A stretch of DNA of 64,000 bases from the NCBI RefSeq assembly GCF_004010195.1, contig NC_057720.1:90658923-90722922 (forward strand). The letters are read 5' to 3'. Under the pieces are notes generated by a model, which saw nothing but the letters and a program-made list of their open reading frames with translations, made no database searches and was not told the origin of the DNA. This DNA is from Chiloscyllium plagiosum. Taxonomy: Eukaryota. Shown piece after piece: positions 25,975 through 39,560 of this stretch. The translations under genes and the position numbers were made by a program. Position 1 is the stretch's first letter; the number at the start of each line of letters is the position of its first letter.

Positions 25975-27560
25975 GTCACAGTGTGTTCAGAGAGAGTCAG
26001 AGAGTGTCACAATGTGTCTCAGAGAGAGACACAGTGAGTCAGAGTGTCATAGCGTGTCTCAGAGTGTCAGAGAGTGTCAAGGTGTTTCACGGTGTGTCTT
26101 AGAGACAGTCTCAGTGTGTCTCAGAGAGTGTCTCAGTGTGTCTCAGAGAGTTTCACAGCGTCTCAGAGAGAGGCAGGAAATGTCACAGTGTGTCAGAGAG
26201 TGTTGCAGTGTGTTAGAGAATGTCACAGTGTGTCTCAGAGACAGTCAGAGGGTGTCAAAGTGTGTCGGAGAGTGTCACAGTGTGTCTCAGAGGGTGACAG
26301 AGAGTGACAGAGAGAGTCACAGTATGTTAGAGAGTGGCACAGAATGTCTCAAAGAGTGTCAGAGAGTGTCACAGTGGGTCTCAGAGAGTGTCAGAGAGAG
26401 TCATAGAGTGTCACAGTGTTTTTCAGAGAGTGTCAGAGAGAGTCACAGTCTGTCTCAGAGAGTGTCAAAGAGGGTCAGAGTGTGTCAGAGTGTGTCTCAG
26501 GGAGTGTCAGAGAGAGTCAAGGAGTGCCATAGGGTGTCAACGTCTGCCAGAGAGTGTCACATTATGTCTCAGAGAGCGTAAGAGATTATCACAGTGTCTT
26601 AGAGAGGGACACAGTAGTCTCAGAGAGTGTCAGAAAGTGTCACAGTGTCTTAGAGAGTGTTACTGTGTGTCAGAGATTGTCACAGTGTGTCAGAGAGAGA
26701 GTCAGAGAGTGTCACAGTGTGTCTCAGAGAGTGTCAGAAAGTGTCACAGTGTCTCAGAGAGTGTCACTGTGTGTCAGAGATTGTCACAGTGTGTCAGAGA
26801 GAGAGAGTCAGAAAGTGTTACAGTGTGTCTCAGAGAGAGTTAGAGAGTGTCATGGAGTGTTTCAGACAGAGTCAAAAAGTGTCACAGTCTGTCACTGTCT
26901 GTCAGAGAGTGTCACCGTGTCACCGTGTGTAAGAGAATGGCACAGTATGTCTCAGAGAGAGTCAGACAGTGTCACAGTGGGTCTCAGAGAGTGTCAGAGA
27001 GAGTCAAAAAGTGTTACAGTGTGTCACAGTCTGTCAGAGAGTGTCACAGTGTGTTTCAGAGAGTGTCACAGTGTGTCTCAGAGATTGTCACAGTGTATCA
27101 GAGAATGTCAGAGAGTGTCACAGTGTCTCACAGCCGGTCAGAGAGTGTCAGAGAGAGTCAGAGAGTGTCACAGTGTGTCTTAGACAATGTCAGTGAGAGT
27201 CAGAAAGTGTCACAGTGTGTCACAGTCTGTCAGAGATTGTCACAGTGTGTGTCAGAAGGTGTCAGAGAGAGTCAGAGAGTGTCATAGTGTGTCTTTGAGA
27301 GTGTCAGAAAGAGTCACAGATTGTCACAGTGTGTCACAGTCTGTCAGAGAGTGTCACAGCGTGCCTCAGAGAGTGTCAGAGAGTGTCAGAGAGAGTCAGA
27401 GTGTCACAGTCTGTCAGAGAGAGTCACAGTGTGTCACAGACTGTCAGAGAGAGTCGCAGTGTGTCAGAGTGTCACGGTGTGTCTCAGACTGTCAGAGAGT
27501 GTCAAAGTGTCTCACGGTGTGTCTCAGAGAGTATCACAGTGTGTTTCAGAAGACAGAGAG
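25975..27560. repeat. Simple-sequence satellite of gtgtcacagt / gtcagagagt units
   Basis: ~1.6 kb of degenerate 8-12-mer tandem units; gives SQRV/ECHS pseudo-ORFs in all three + frames. Confidence 0.95.
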
Positions 27561-28152
27561 TAAACCACGACTCTTACCCACCTTATTTGATTTGAAACCC
27601 CGGCGCTAGGGCAATCCACAGATTTCCAGTCCTCTCACGCAAAAGGTCCAATTCAGTGCTTGAGATGAAGTGAAAGACTGTGTGTGAGAGAGAGAAAGAA
27701 AGAGAGAGAGACAGACAAACAAACAAAGACCATGTCTGTGCAAGACATTCTTAAAACAGTTTAACAATGGAAAAGGAGTGGCCAGTTCTCCAGTTCAGGT
27801 TCTTATAGTTTTTGGTTAGCTGCAGCAATCCCAAGATGTTTTGATTATCAGAAGGTTGCAATTTTCAGTAAATGATTCCTATCTGAACACTCGGACATTT
27901 ATCTGCGCCTTCTGGGAATCTTCAGAATCTCACCCAGTCGTGGGGTCCCGGGACGAGCCCGAAGTTTACTGTCTAGAAATTAAATCGATTTGACTCAATA
28001 ATTAACAAGATCAAAGCAAGAGATTTTATTAAAACTTTTGCAAGATTGACCCATTACACTAATTCAGATGCCTGAATGCAATGAGTACCGAAACATTTAC
28101 ACAGACGCCTGCCTTATAGCATTCCTTATCACACTCTGAAGGGCAGAGACTG
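27560..28152 (-). mobile_element. Partial duplicate of ERV leader and 5' LTR, interrupted
   Basis: 27560-27678 matches 25315-25433, and 27902-28152 matches 25451-25702, both with high identity by eye. Confidence 0.85.
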
Positions 28153-29040
28153 CCACTGTTTAAAGAGGGTGGTAAGAACAAGCCAGGGAACTATAGCCCA
28201 GTGAGCCTGACATGATTGGTGGGCATATTGCAGTTGGAGGGAATCCTGAGGGGCAGGATTTATATGTATTTTGAAAGGCAAAGACTGATTAGGGAGAGTC
28301 ATCATGTCTCACAAACTTGATTGAGTTTCTTTAATAAGTAACAAAGAGAATTAGTGAGGCAGAGCGATGGACGTGATTTATATGAACCTAAGTAAGGCAT
28401 TCGGCAAAGTTCCTCATGGGAGACTGTTTAGCAAGGTTAGATCTCATGGAATACGGGGAGAACTAGCCACTTGGATGCAGAACTGGCTTGAAGGTAGAAG
28501 ACAGAGGGTTTTGCTGGATGTTTGATTTTCAGATTGGAGGCCTGTGTCAAGTGATGTGCCACAAGGATCAGTGCTGGATCCACTGCTTATCATCATTTAC
28601 ATATAAGATTTGGATGTGAACATAGAAGGTATATGTAGTAAGTTTGCAGATGACACCAACATTGTAGGTGTAATGCACAGCGAAGAGGGTTGCCTCAGGG
28701 TATAACGAGATCTTGATCAGATGGGCCAATGGGCCAAAAGTTGGTAGATAGACTTTAATTTAGATAAATGCAAGGTGCTGCATTTTGGAAAGGCAAATCA
28801 GGGCTGGGCTTACACACTTCATGGTAAGCTCTTTGGGAGTATTGTTGATCAAAGAAACCTTGGAGTTCATAGTTCCTTGAATGTAATGTCCCAGGAAGAC
28901 ATTAGTGAAGAAGGCATTGAGTATGCTTCCATTTGTTGGTCAGAGCATTGAGAATAGGAGTTGGGAGGTCATGTTGCGGCTATACAGGGCACTGGTTAGG
29001 CCACTTTTGTAATATTGCGTGCAATTCTGGTTTCCCTCCA
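28152..29040 (+). mobile_element. CR1-type LINE ORF2 (RT) fragment
   Basis: gggaactatagcccagtgagcctgaca..tgtgccacaaggatcagtgctgg..aagtttgcagatgacacc (PQGSVL, FADDT motifs). Confidence 0.85.
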
Positions 29041-29044
29041 AAAC

Positions 29045-29341
29045 GAAGGAAGCATTCTTACAGGCAGAGGGAACAACACCCAGAGAAATATCCGAGTGCT
29101 CAGTTAGGAATCATTTACTGAAGCTTGCAACCTTCTGATACTCAAAACATCATAGGATTGCTGCAACTAACCCAAAACTAGAAGAACCTGAACTGGAGAA
29201 CTGGCCACTCCTTTTCCATTGTTAAACTGTTTTAAGAAAAACCTACAGACACTCTAAACTCTTTGGCACCTCTGCCTTTACAACCTCTCTTCAAAAAAAC
29301 ACAGGCCAAAGTAACCTTTTTAAAGTGACACCATCCTCACA
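29045..29341 (-). repeat. Probable truncated 3' LTR of the Gypsy element
   Basis: On the - strand a G-rich tract is followed by TGTGAGGATGG. It lies downstream of the Gypsy pol relic once the intervening LINE is removed. Confidence 0.4.
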
Positions 29342-29369
29342 CCACCACACCCCACTCCCCCTGCCCGCC

Positions 29370-29715
29370 TGACACACACATACACACACACACGCGCGCA
29401 CACACACACACCCACACACACACACACAGAGGGACACCCACGCACACACAGCGAGGGAGACACACACACACAGTCTCTCTCTCTCTCTCTCTCACACACA
29501 TACACACACACACTGTCTTTCTCTCTGTCATGCATAGATATGGTCTTTGTTTGTTTGTCTGTCTGTCTGTCTCTCTTTCTTTCTCTCTCACACACGCAGG
29601 CATGATTTCTCTCTCTCACACACACACACACGCGCGCTCTTTCTCTCTCATACACACAAACACAGGCATGATGGTCTTTCTCTTTCTCTCTTTCTCACAC
29701 ACACACACACACTCT
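29370..29715. repeat. (CA)n/(CT)n compound microsatellite
   Basis: Direct reading. Confidence 0.95.
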
Positions 29716-29844
29716 NNNNNNNNNNNNNNNNNNNNNNNNNNNNNNNNNNNNNNNNNNNNNNNNNNNNNNNNNNNNNNNNNNNNNNNNNNNNNNNNNNNNN
29801 NNNNNNNNNNNNNNNNNNNNNNNNNNNNNNNNNNNNNNNNNNNN
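29716..29844. other. Assembly gap (129 N)
   Basis: Run of N. Confidence 0.99.
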
Positions 29845-29847
29845 TAA

Positions 29848-31235
29848 TGGGTGTGGGTGTCGCTGGCTGGCCAGCATTTTATGGCTGTCCCTAGTTGCCC
29901 TTGAGAGGGCAGGGGTGAGCTGCCGCCTTGAACTTTTGTGGTCCACCTGCTGTGGGTTAAGCCCCAATGCCATTAGAGAGAGAATTCCTGGACTTTGACC
30001 CAGGAACAGTGATGGAACAGTGTCATATTTCCAAGTCAGGATCGTGCATGACTTGGAGGGGAACTTGAAGGTAGTGGAGTTCCCACACATCCGCTGCCCT
30101 TGTTCTTTTAGATGGAAGTGGTTGTGGGTTTGGAAGGTGCTATCTGAGGATCTCGATGAATTTCTGCAGTGCATCATGTAGATAGTATCAGCAATGTGTA
30201 CTGAGCAGGTGTGGTGGAGGGAGTAGACACTTGTGGATGTGGGCTGCTTTTCCTGGATGGTGTCAAACTTCTTGAGTGTTGATGGGGCTGCGCCCATCCA
30301 GGTAAGTTGGGAGTATTCCATCACACTTCCAACTTGTACATTGTAAATGGTGGACAGGCTGCAGTATTCCTAGCTTCTGACCTGCTGTTGTAGCTACTGT
30401 GTTTGTGGTAAGTGCAGTTGAGTTTCTGGTCAATGATAACCCGCAGGATGTTGATATTATGGGATTCAGTGATGGTAATACCATTGAAAGCCAAGGGGCA
30501 GAGGTTGGAGTGTCTTCTATTTTTGATGGAAATGTTACTTGCCACTTGTCAGCTCACGCCTTGATATTGTCCAGATCTTGTAGCATTTGAACATGGGCAT
30601 CAGAATCTGAGGAGTCGTGAATGGTGCTGAACATAGTGCAATCATCAGCGAACATCCCCACTTCTGACCTTGTTATGGAGGGGAAGGTCATTGATGAAGC
30701 AGCTGAAGATGGTCTGGCCGAGGACACTACTCTGAGGGACTCTTGCAGAGACGTCCTGACCCTGAGGTGACTGACCTCCAACAACCACGACCATCTTCCT
30801 ATGTGTCAGGTATGACTCCAACTATCAGAGAGTCTGCACCCAAAGTGTATTGATTCCAGTTTTCCCTGGGCTCCTTGATATTATGGAATTCAATCGAGTG
30901 CAGCCTTGATGTCAAGGACTGTCACTCTCACCTTACCTCAAGCATCCAGCTGTTTTGTCCATATTTGGGTCAAGGCTGTAATGAGGTCAGGAGCTGACTG
31001 GCCCTGGGAGAACCAAAACTGGGCATCACTGAGCAGCTTATTGCTGAGCAAGCACTGCTTTATAACACTGGGGATGTTACTTGCTCATGATACTTGCCAT
31101 CACTTTACTGATGGTCGAGAATAGACTGATGGGGCGTTAATTGGCTGGGTGGAAATTGTCCATTTTTTTTGTGTACAGGCCATCCCTGGGCAAGTTTCCA
31201 CATTGTTGGATAGATACCAGTTTTGTAATTGTACT
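29848..31235 (-). mobile_element. LINE (CR1/L2 group, second family), RT and 3' end
   Basis: SEVGMFADDCTMFSTI and MEYSQLTWMGAA; same family as 42060-43740 and 10590-10680. Confidence 0.8.
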
Positions 31236-31389
31236 GCAGCATTAATAAGAGACAAAGATTATTTCATTTTAAAACCCTTAGTCTAAATCTATTATTAGGC
31301 GACAATACACACACATTGCATCAACTGTAATCATGCATTACTGCATTCTGTTTCAGTCCATTTACTCCTGCAACCAAATCCCTCCATCA

Positions 31390-33800
31390 TACATCACCCA
31401 AGTTGTGACAACACATCAGCAATCACATTTTCTTATCCTGGCACGTGTATAATTTTCAAATTGAATGGCTGCAGTAATAAGCTCCATGTAAACCATCTGG
31501 AAGTGCAGCCCTTACATTTCTCCAAAAGCTTTAATGGGTCATGATCAGGACACACAATTGTACAAGACCTATTACTGGCAATATAAATGTTGGACCACCA
31601 AGCCCATGGTCTCCTTCTCAATCGTGGAATATTTCTGATGAATATTCAATTTCCTGAAGAAATAACCAATGGGGCTTCCTATTTTCTCATCGTCGTCTTG
31701 TAAAAATACAGCACCAACACCCACATTACTCACATCAATACCCATCTTGAGTTGCTTTGTGTAATTAGGCGTAGCTAACACAGGGGCAGTGGGTAACACA
31801 GCTATCAGGCTGGCAAATACCTTCTGACATTCTACTGTCCACTAAAATATCAGCATTTCTTCAGTTAGTCAGTCAGTGGAGCAACCACACTACTACAATT
31901 TTGTACAAACTTCTGGTAAACTTGTTCACTGCCAAGAAGCATAATCCTGCTGTCTTTGTCAATGGCATGGCCGGGGCCATCTGCCCATGCCTGACAACTT
32001 GGCCCAGGGACATGACTCAGACTTTGGCGAATTCACACTTAGCCAGGTTTATCACCAGCCTGCCTTCCAGAGTCAATTAAATAGTTCCAATAAATGCTGC
32101 AAATGTTCCTTCTGTGTGTGACTAAAAGATCACAAGGTTGTCGATGTACACCATACAATTGGATAACCCAGAAATGACTTTATTGGTTGGCCTTTCAAAT
32201 GTGGCTGGCGCATTTTCCACACCAACTGGCATGACTTTAAGTTGGTAAAGTCCGTTCAGTGTTACAAAAGTCGAAATAGTCTTCACTCCTTCGGATAAAG
32301 GTACCTGCCAGTATCCTCTGAGCAAGTCCAAATTACAGTTCTAAGTTGCTTGTTCTACCTTTTCAATACAGTGTTCCCAATGTGGAATCAGATATGATAC
32401 AGACTCTGCAACCGCATTAACTTTGCGACCATCTGCACACAATTATGGGTGCCATCTAGCATTGGCACCATTACTATGGCTGAGCTCCAGTTGCTGCAAC
32501 TCACTTTGATGCTATTGTTTTTGGAACATGCGTTCAGTCTGTCTTTGAACATACGCCAACTGTCTTTGGCATAAGTGTGTAAGGATATTGCTTATTTGGA
32601 GTAAACTCCCCTGCTCAAATTAATCATTCCCTAAAATTTGACACACAGTTCAAATATGTGGTAGATGAACTCTGACACTTTAATTTCTCCTTATTTATTT
32701 TCAGTGGTCCTCTCAGCTCATGCCCCAACACTAATTCAAATGGACTGAATGTGTTGGTTCATTTAGTGCATCCCGACTGGTAAGATGTACAAATGGAATT
32801 CCTTTATCCAGTTGTTTGGATTGTCTTGACGATTAGCCCTCAATATGGTCTTCTCTAAGCTCAATAATGGGTCTTTAAAATTTAACGCCATCTTTCTAAC
32901 ATTCCCTTTCCATCCTTGTTGGTAAGCAGTGGATAAGCTACCCATAACTTCCATGCATAAATTTGATGTAAAGTTTGACCCTTGATCTGATTGTATCTCT
33001 GTGGGTGGTCTTTAGTGAGTTAAACGCTGGGGTAACTCTTCTACAATCCTTCTAGCAGTGGCATTGCACAAAATAGAATGGCCTGTAGATACCAAATTGA
33101 CTCATCTATTATTGTTAACAAATGCTGATTCCCACTTTTAGTTTTGTGTAGGGGTCCTACTCAATCAAGTAAGACCCTTGTAAAAGGCTCCTCAAATGTA
33201 GGGATGGGCATTAAAGTTGCCGGTTTTAATATTGCCTGAATTTTTCTGGTTAAATGACATGTATGATATTTCTGGCAATTTTCATCTCCACCTAAATGAA
33301 ATCCAGGCCAGTAAAAATGTTTTTGTATTTTGGCTGGAGTTCTTCTCAATCCCACAATGACCCACAGGTAGCTCATGTGCTACCTGCCACACTTCCTTTC
33401 TATAAGTCCCTGGTAATGAATCTCTCCCACTTTCCCATCTGCCTGAATGTCTCATCAAGACATCATGTTTAAGTTAGTAACATTTGGGAATGCACTCAGA
33501 TTCTGTTTCTGTGTTCGCTTTTCAATGCAATTGCTTCAATATTTCATCTTTCTCTTGTAGCTGAGTAAATTTCTCTGAACTAAAAATATCCATTTGTTCT
33601 CCATCTGTTCTTGTTTTGTCTGAGCCATTCAATCAAATATGGTCTCTGATAATTCTGCTTTAACTTGCTTATCTGTACTCTTTGATTTCCTCTCCTGTTT
33701 CAACTGGTGACCTTATGACCTTGTTATCTCTCCGTTAACGTTTTCCAATTCTTTCATGATTTACATAGCAATGATGTTCATTGTATTTTATTTAGAACAT
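31390..33800 (-). mobile_element. Ty3/Gypsy LTR-retrotransposon pol relic, Gmr1-type order (IN-RT-RH)
   Basis: On the - strand: KIQKHFYWPG..PIPTFEEPFTRVLLD (IN N-terminus, ~33160-33380), then DLLRGYWQVPL..NAPATF..YIDNL (RT, 32122-32331), then APVLATP..DVSNVGVGAV..YSTIEKE (RH, 31572-31799). Confidence 0.85.
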
Positions 33801-34825
33801 GAGATAATTCATCCACAAGTAAGTTGAATTATTGGGCTCTATTAGAATAATGACAAAGTTATTGATTTTTACTGCCCAATTCCAACAGCAAACCTTGTCC
33901 TAACAATAGTCTTCACTTCTGACTGAGAAGTCGGTGTTTTGGGCAGGACACTCCATGGAAGGCTTATGCACAAAACGTTGACTCTCCTATTCCTTGGATA
34001 TACTGCCTGACCTGCTGTGCTTTTCCAGCACCACACTTTTTGACTCTGATCTGCAGTCCTCACTTTCTCCTTTTCCCTCGGTTGTCTTGTCTGATCTGAA
34101 GTCAGCTGAGAGGTACAGATGCATGTGCAAGGAGTTTTGTGGTCCTGGAACATCCAGAGGGAGGAGTGAAAGGGCTGTTGTATGGAGATTTGCAGGGGTT
34201 GTTGGGTTTAATTGAGGTGTGGGCGAGGGTATCCCATTTGGAATGCTAATATTTGGAGGTGACGTGACAAACTCTTGAATTCTGTGTCCTCTCAAATGGA
34301 GAATCCTTAAATCATCCATCAAGTGTGTCTTGGTCATGTCAACGGAATGGAAGCATGTGACTTGTGAATTTACTTCCTGCATGGTGAGATTCCTACAGCC
34401 AGTCAGCTACTGATGGACTAAAGGGTCCGCTTCAGAAATGCTGAAGAGTGGTATGACAGCCCTGAACATCGACTATACATGGAGAGACTCCCTATTTGCT
34501 GAGAGAAATGAATGGGAAGATTTCCATTGGTTAGACATGAGCTATCAGGGTGACCAGACATCACCTTAGACGCTAAAACTAAAGGCATAAAATGACTCTC
34601 TGTAAGTGTTAATGAGAAATCGGTGGTAAAAGCTGTCTATTATGAATTGTCTCTTCATCAAGCAGGAAAATTATGTTGCATGGACGCACGCAATCTGAAA
34701 TACATTAGAGCACCTTCCAGCAACTGGAGCATGTTGGTTGCCTCTGACAAAGAAAGTAGATTCAAGGAAATATGATGTGCTTCACATGGCCACAGACACA
34801 GAAATGTACATCCGCTCATGCACGA

Positions 34826-35000
34826 CATACACACACACACACAAACACACACTCATACTCACACACACACACCTATACAGAGACAGACACATAGCCATGG
34901 ATATGCACAGACACACACACACACAGACACACACACACACACAGACTCACTCACAAATACACATGCACGCACACACACACAGAAATGCAGACACACACAA
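34826..35000. repeat. (CA)n-rich microsatellite
   Basis: Direct reading. Confidence 0.9.
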
Positions 35001-35219
35001 GCAATCACAGAACAAAATGACATCTTGTGTTAAGAATGAACAAAGCTGCACCTCAACCATCACATCTTGACTCTTGGGAGGAGCTGTGTCATTGAAATTT
35101 GAGAGGTTACGTCTTCACATTATTTTTCGGGTGGGGTGATGAGTGATATTTTGAGGTAAATGGGAAAGCACTAATAATGTCCATGGTTTTCTCAGGGCAA
35201 TATCCTCTTACACATTGAA

Positions 35220-38200
35220 GATAGGAGCAGGCGAAGGCCACTCAGCCCTTTGAGTCTGCACTGCCATTCATCATGATCATGGCTCATCATCCAGCTCAAT
35301 AGCTTCGTCCTGTTTACTCCCCATTACCTTTAATCCCATTTGCTCTAAATGCTAAATGTAGCCGCGTCTTCAATACATTCAATGCTTTGGCATTAACAAG
35401 TTCCTGTGGTAATGAATTCCATAGGCTCATCACTCTTTGGGTGAAGAAATGTCTCCTCATCTCCATCCTACATGATCCACCCCGAATCCTCAGTCTGTGT
35501 CCCCAGATTCTGTACACACCCACCATCAGGAGCATGCTCCTTGTATCTACCCTGTCTCGTCCTTTTAGAATGAGATCCCTTCCCATTCGTTTAAACTCCA
35601 GCGAAAACAATCCTAAGCTAGACAACCTGTCCTCATACATTAGTTCCACCATCCTCGGAATCAGTAAGGTAAACCTGCACTGTACTCCCTCCAGAGCAAG
35701 AGCATCCTTCCTCAGAAAAGGAGACCAAACTTGCACAGAGTGCTTGAGGTGTGGCCTCACCAAGGTCCTGTATAACTGTAACAACGCATCCCTGCTGCTG
35801 TACTCAAAACATCTCTCAATGAAGGTCAATATAGCATTTGCCTTCTCTACTGCCTGCTACACCTGCATGCTTACCTTCAGCGACTGGTGCACAAGGACAT
35901 GTGGGCCCTGCAGCACACACCCCTCTCCCAAATTACAGGCAGTCAGGTAGTAATCCACCACCTTCCTTTTGTTTCCAAAGTGAATAACCTGACATTGAAC
36001 CAAAATAAACTGCATCTGCCATTGATTGGCCCGCTCACCCAATCTGTCCAGATCATGCAGTAAGATCTCTGCAGCCTCGTCACAGTTCACCCTCCCACCT
36101 AACTTGGTATCATCTGCAAACCTTGAGATGTTACATTTTATTCCTTCATCCAAATCATTAATATATATTGCTAATAGCTGGAGTCCCTATGGCACCCCAC
36201 TAGTTATTGTCTGCCTATTTGACATGGGTCCCTTCAGCCCTGCTCTGTTTCCTCTCTGCCAATCAGTTTTCTCTTTATCTAAGTACACTTACCCCAATCC
36301 CATGTACTTTAATCCTATACAGTGACCTCTTGAATGGGGCATTGTCAAACGCTTTCTGCAAGTACAAATATACCATATTGACCAGTTCCCCTTTGTCAAC
36401 TCTGATAGTTACACCTTCACAGAATTCTAATAGATTTGTCAAGCATGATTTCCCCTCCATAAATCCATGCTGACTCTGTTTGATTTTGCCACGGCTTTCT
36501 CAATCCTCTGCCATAAAATACTTGATAAAGGATTTGAGAATTTTCTCCACTACTGATCTGAAGCTTACTCGTCTATAATTCCCTGGTTTCTCTGTATCTC
36601 CCTTTCTGAGTTTTGGAGTGGCAGTAGCTGCCCTTCAATCTGCAGGAACTGTACCAAAATCTAAAGAATCCTGACAATCAAAGCATCCGCTATTTATAGA
36701 ATCATTTCCTTAAGTGCTCGGGGATGCAGATTTATCAGGCCCTGAGAATTTATCTGGTTGAATCCCCTCAATTTCCCAGCACCATTTCTCTACTAATATT
36801 GACCTCCCTCAGTTCTTCCCTCTCATCAAATCTTGCATTCTCCAGGATTTCTGGTAGTTGATTTGTATCTTCGAGTCAGAGAGTCCTACAGCACAGAGAC
36901 AGGTCGTTTGGCCCAAACTGGTCCATACTGACCAAAATGTCCACCCATGCTAACCCCATTTCCCTGCATTTGGTCCACATCCTTCTAACCCTTTCCTATC
37001 CATGTATTTGTCAAAATGCCTTTAAATGTTGTTAACGTACCCACCTCAACCACTTCCGCTGGCAGCTCATTGCATACAGCAGCCTCTGTGCAAACAAATT
37101 GCCCCTCAGTTTCCCTTTTATAATTTTCCCCTCTAACCTGAAACTAATGCCATCTAATCCTTGATTCCCCAACCCTGGCAAAAAAGACTGAGTTCATGCC
37201 TCTCATAAATTTGTACAGTTCTGTAAGATCCCCTCTCAGTCTCCTCGACTGCCTAGAAAAGAAGTTCCAGCTTGCTCAGCCTCTCCTTATAACTCAGACC
37301 ACTGAGTGCGAGCAACATCCTTATAAATTTCTTCTGCACTATTTCCAGTTTAATAACATCCTTCCTCGAGCAAGGTGACCAAAACAGAACACATGCTCCA
37401 ACTGCAGCCTCACCAACCTCTTGTACAACTGTCCTTTTTTCAGAAGACAGAACTAAAGTATGTATACAGTTGCTCAGCTGTTCCTTTGTCCTTTGTTATA
37501 CATTTCCCAATTTCTATCTGCAGGGACCTACAATTGTCTTCACCAATCTCTTTCTCTTCAAGTACTGTAGAACCTTGTAGCGTCAGTCTTCGTGTTCCCT
37601 GCAAGCTTACTTTCGTTTTTACTGTGTTTTCCACATATTAATCAATCCCTTGGTCCTTCATTGCTGAATTCGAAAATGCTCTCAAACATCAGACCTATTA
37701 TTTTTCTTGTCCAATCTCTATGCTTCTTCCTTCAAATGTATACTATCTAATTTCCTTTATTAGCCATGGATTGGCCTTGTTACCCATTTTGCTTTTGTAC
37801 CAGACAGGAATAAATAGTTGTTGCAGCTCCCCCATGATTTCCTTGAACATTTGCCAATGCCTTACTACTGTCACACCTTGAAGCAACTTACACTAATCTA
37901 TCAACGCCAACTCATGCCTTCTATATCTTCATAGTTTCCTTTATTAAAATTCAGCACCCTAGTCTCCAAATCAGCTGGCTCACTCTCCATCTTGATAAAA
38001 AAGTTGTATCATGTCATGGTCACTCATCCCCAAGAGTCTCACGCAGCTAGATTGGCAATGATTCCCTTCTCATTACACAGTACCCAGTCTAAGATGGCCT
38101 GCTCTCTTGCTGGTTCATCCACATGTTGGTTCAGAAAACCATCCCGTATGTACTCCAGGAATCCCCCTTCTTAGACATTGTGGCTAATTTTATTTGTCCA

Positions 38201-38400
38201 ATCTAGATGCATTTAAAAATCAACCATGATCACCTCTGTCTCCATATCACATGCTTGGCTAATTTCCTGTTTACTGCTATTCCAACATGACCACTGCCAT
38301 CTGGGGGTCTGTGTATGACACCCACTACTGTTTTTTGTCCCTTGGTAATTCACAGCTCCACCCACACAGTCTCAACATTGTCGAAGCTAATGTCCTAAAA
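35220..38400 (-). mobile_element. CR1-type LINE ORF2, long degenerate copy, with a nested CR1 3' fragment at ~36875-37430
   Basis: GKSCLTNLLEF, ISRFADDTKLGG and LYRTLVRPHL. A second CR1 3' UTR interrupts the copy at 36875. Confidence 0.85.
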
Positions 38401-38749
38401 AGAGATGAACAAAAATACGTGACCAGAAATTGAGACATTTTTGCTCAAATATCGATCTGGGTTTGCTGCTAATTAGCCGGTTCGACTTTCAATGAGTTGC
38501 GTCGTAGAATCTGGGACCACCAGCAGCAGGTGATGAGCTAGAACATTTGTGGAATTGCTTTCTCAGTAGATGAACATTAGATACATTTTGTTGAGATTTT
38601 CACAGTAGAAGCGTTGACAGTGCTTCTCCAGCAGGTGGAAGTGAGGATTAATAGTAGATCCTTCAACCAAAACCTTCACTCAAAAAAGTCAAGGCACAAA
38701 AAGATGGACTGAGGCCATTTAGTTTAACATCATTTATTGAAAAAATGGT

Positions 38750-39560
38750 GGAGTCTTTAAAAAAGGATGTTACAGCAGAACATTGAGAATGGCTTTACAA
38801 AATGGAAATCTTGCCTGATAAAAGTATTGGAATTCTTTGAGAATATGGAGGAAACCGTGATTGTAATATGTTTTGATTTTCTGAAGGTGTTTGATAGCAC
38901 CCATGCATAAGATTACTGAATAAGATGGGAGCCCATGGCTCTGGAGGTACTGTATTAACATGCACAAAGGATCTTTGAAATCTCAATCAGAAAAGTTTGA
39001 TCAAGAGTTTTATTTTACAGGATGTGAATCTGAGGAATACCACATAAAACAGTTCTGGAACATAAAAAAAAATCCAAAATATTTTGACGACTTAGATGAG
39101 GAAAGTGACCATATTGTAGGCAAGTTTGCGAATGACACAAAAATTGGGGTGGAGGCAAGTGGTGAGTATGACACAAAAAGAAGTTTGCGGAGAGATACAG
39201 ATAGGACAAGAGAGTGAACAAAGAGCTTTGCATTATAATGTAACGTGGATGAAATAATTGAGAACAGACATAAACAGTGAAGTTATGCATTTTAACAGGC
39301 AAGATAGAGATTGAATTCAGAAATCTCCAGGGAGTCCGCATCTCCGAACCACAAAAGGTTAGCTTTTAATTTCAACTGTCAATAAGGATAGCAAACGTCA
39401 TGTTGGGGTTTGTTTAAAAACTGATGGAATATTGAGATTAGGAACAGACAGATAGAGCAGCTAATGTATGGCTGAGGAGCTGCTGCAGGTGTTCGGAATC
39501 CCATTTTTCAATCATTGGCATTTCTTCAGGGATAGAAATGATCTGTATAAGAGGGACCTG
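38750..39560 (+). mobile_element. Old CR1-type LINE fragments
   Basis: GKFANDTKIG motif; highly decayed. Confidence 0.6.

Noticed and set aside
25975-27560. CRISPR-like or class-switch-like array
   Set aside because: No unique spacers and vertebrate DNA; essentially no AGCT motifs, and not located in a J-C intron.
26012-27609. Long overlapping ORFs rich in S/Q/R/V/C/E
   Set aside because: These are translations of the satellite, open in several frames because stop codons are rare.
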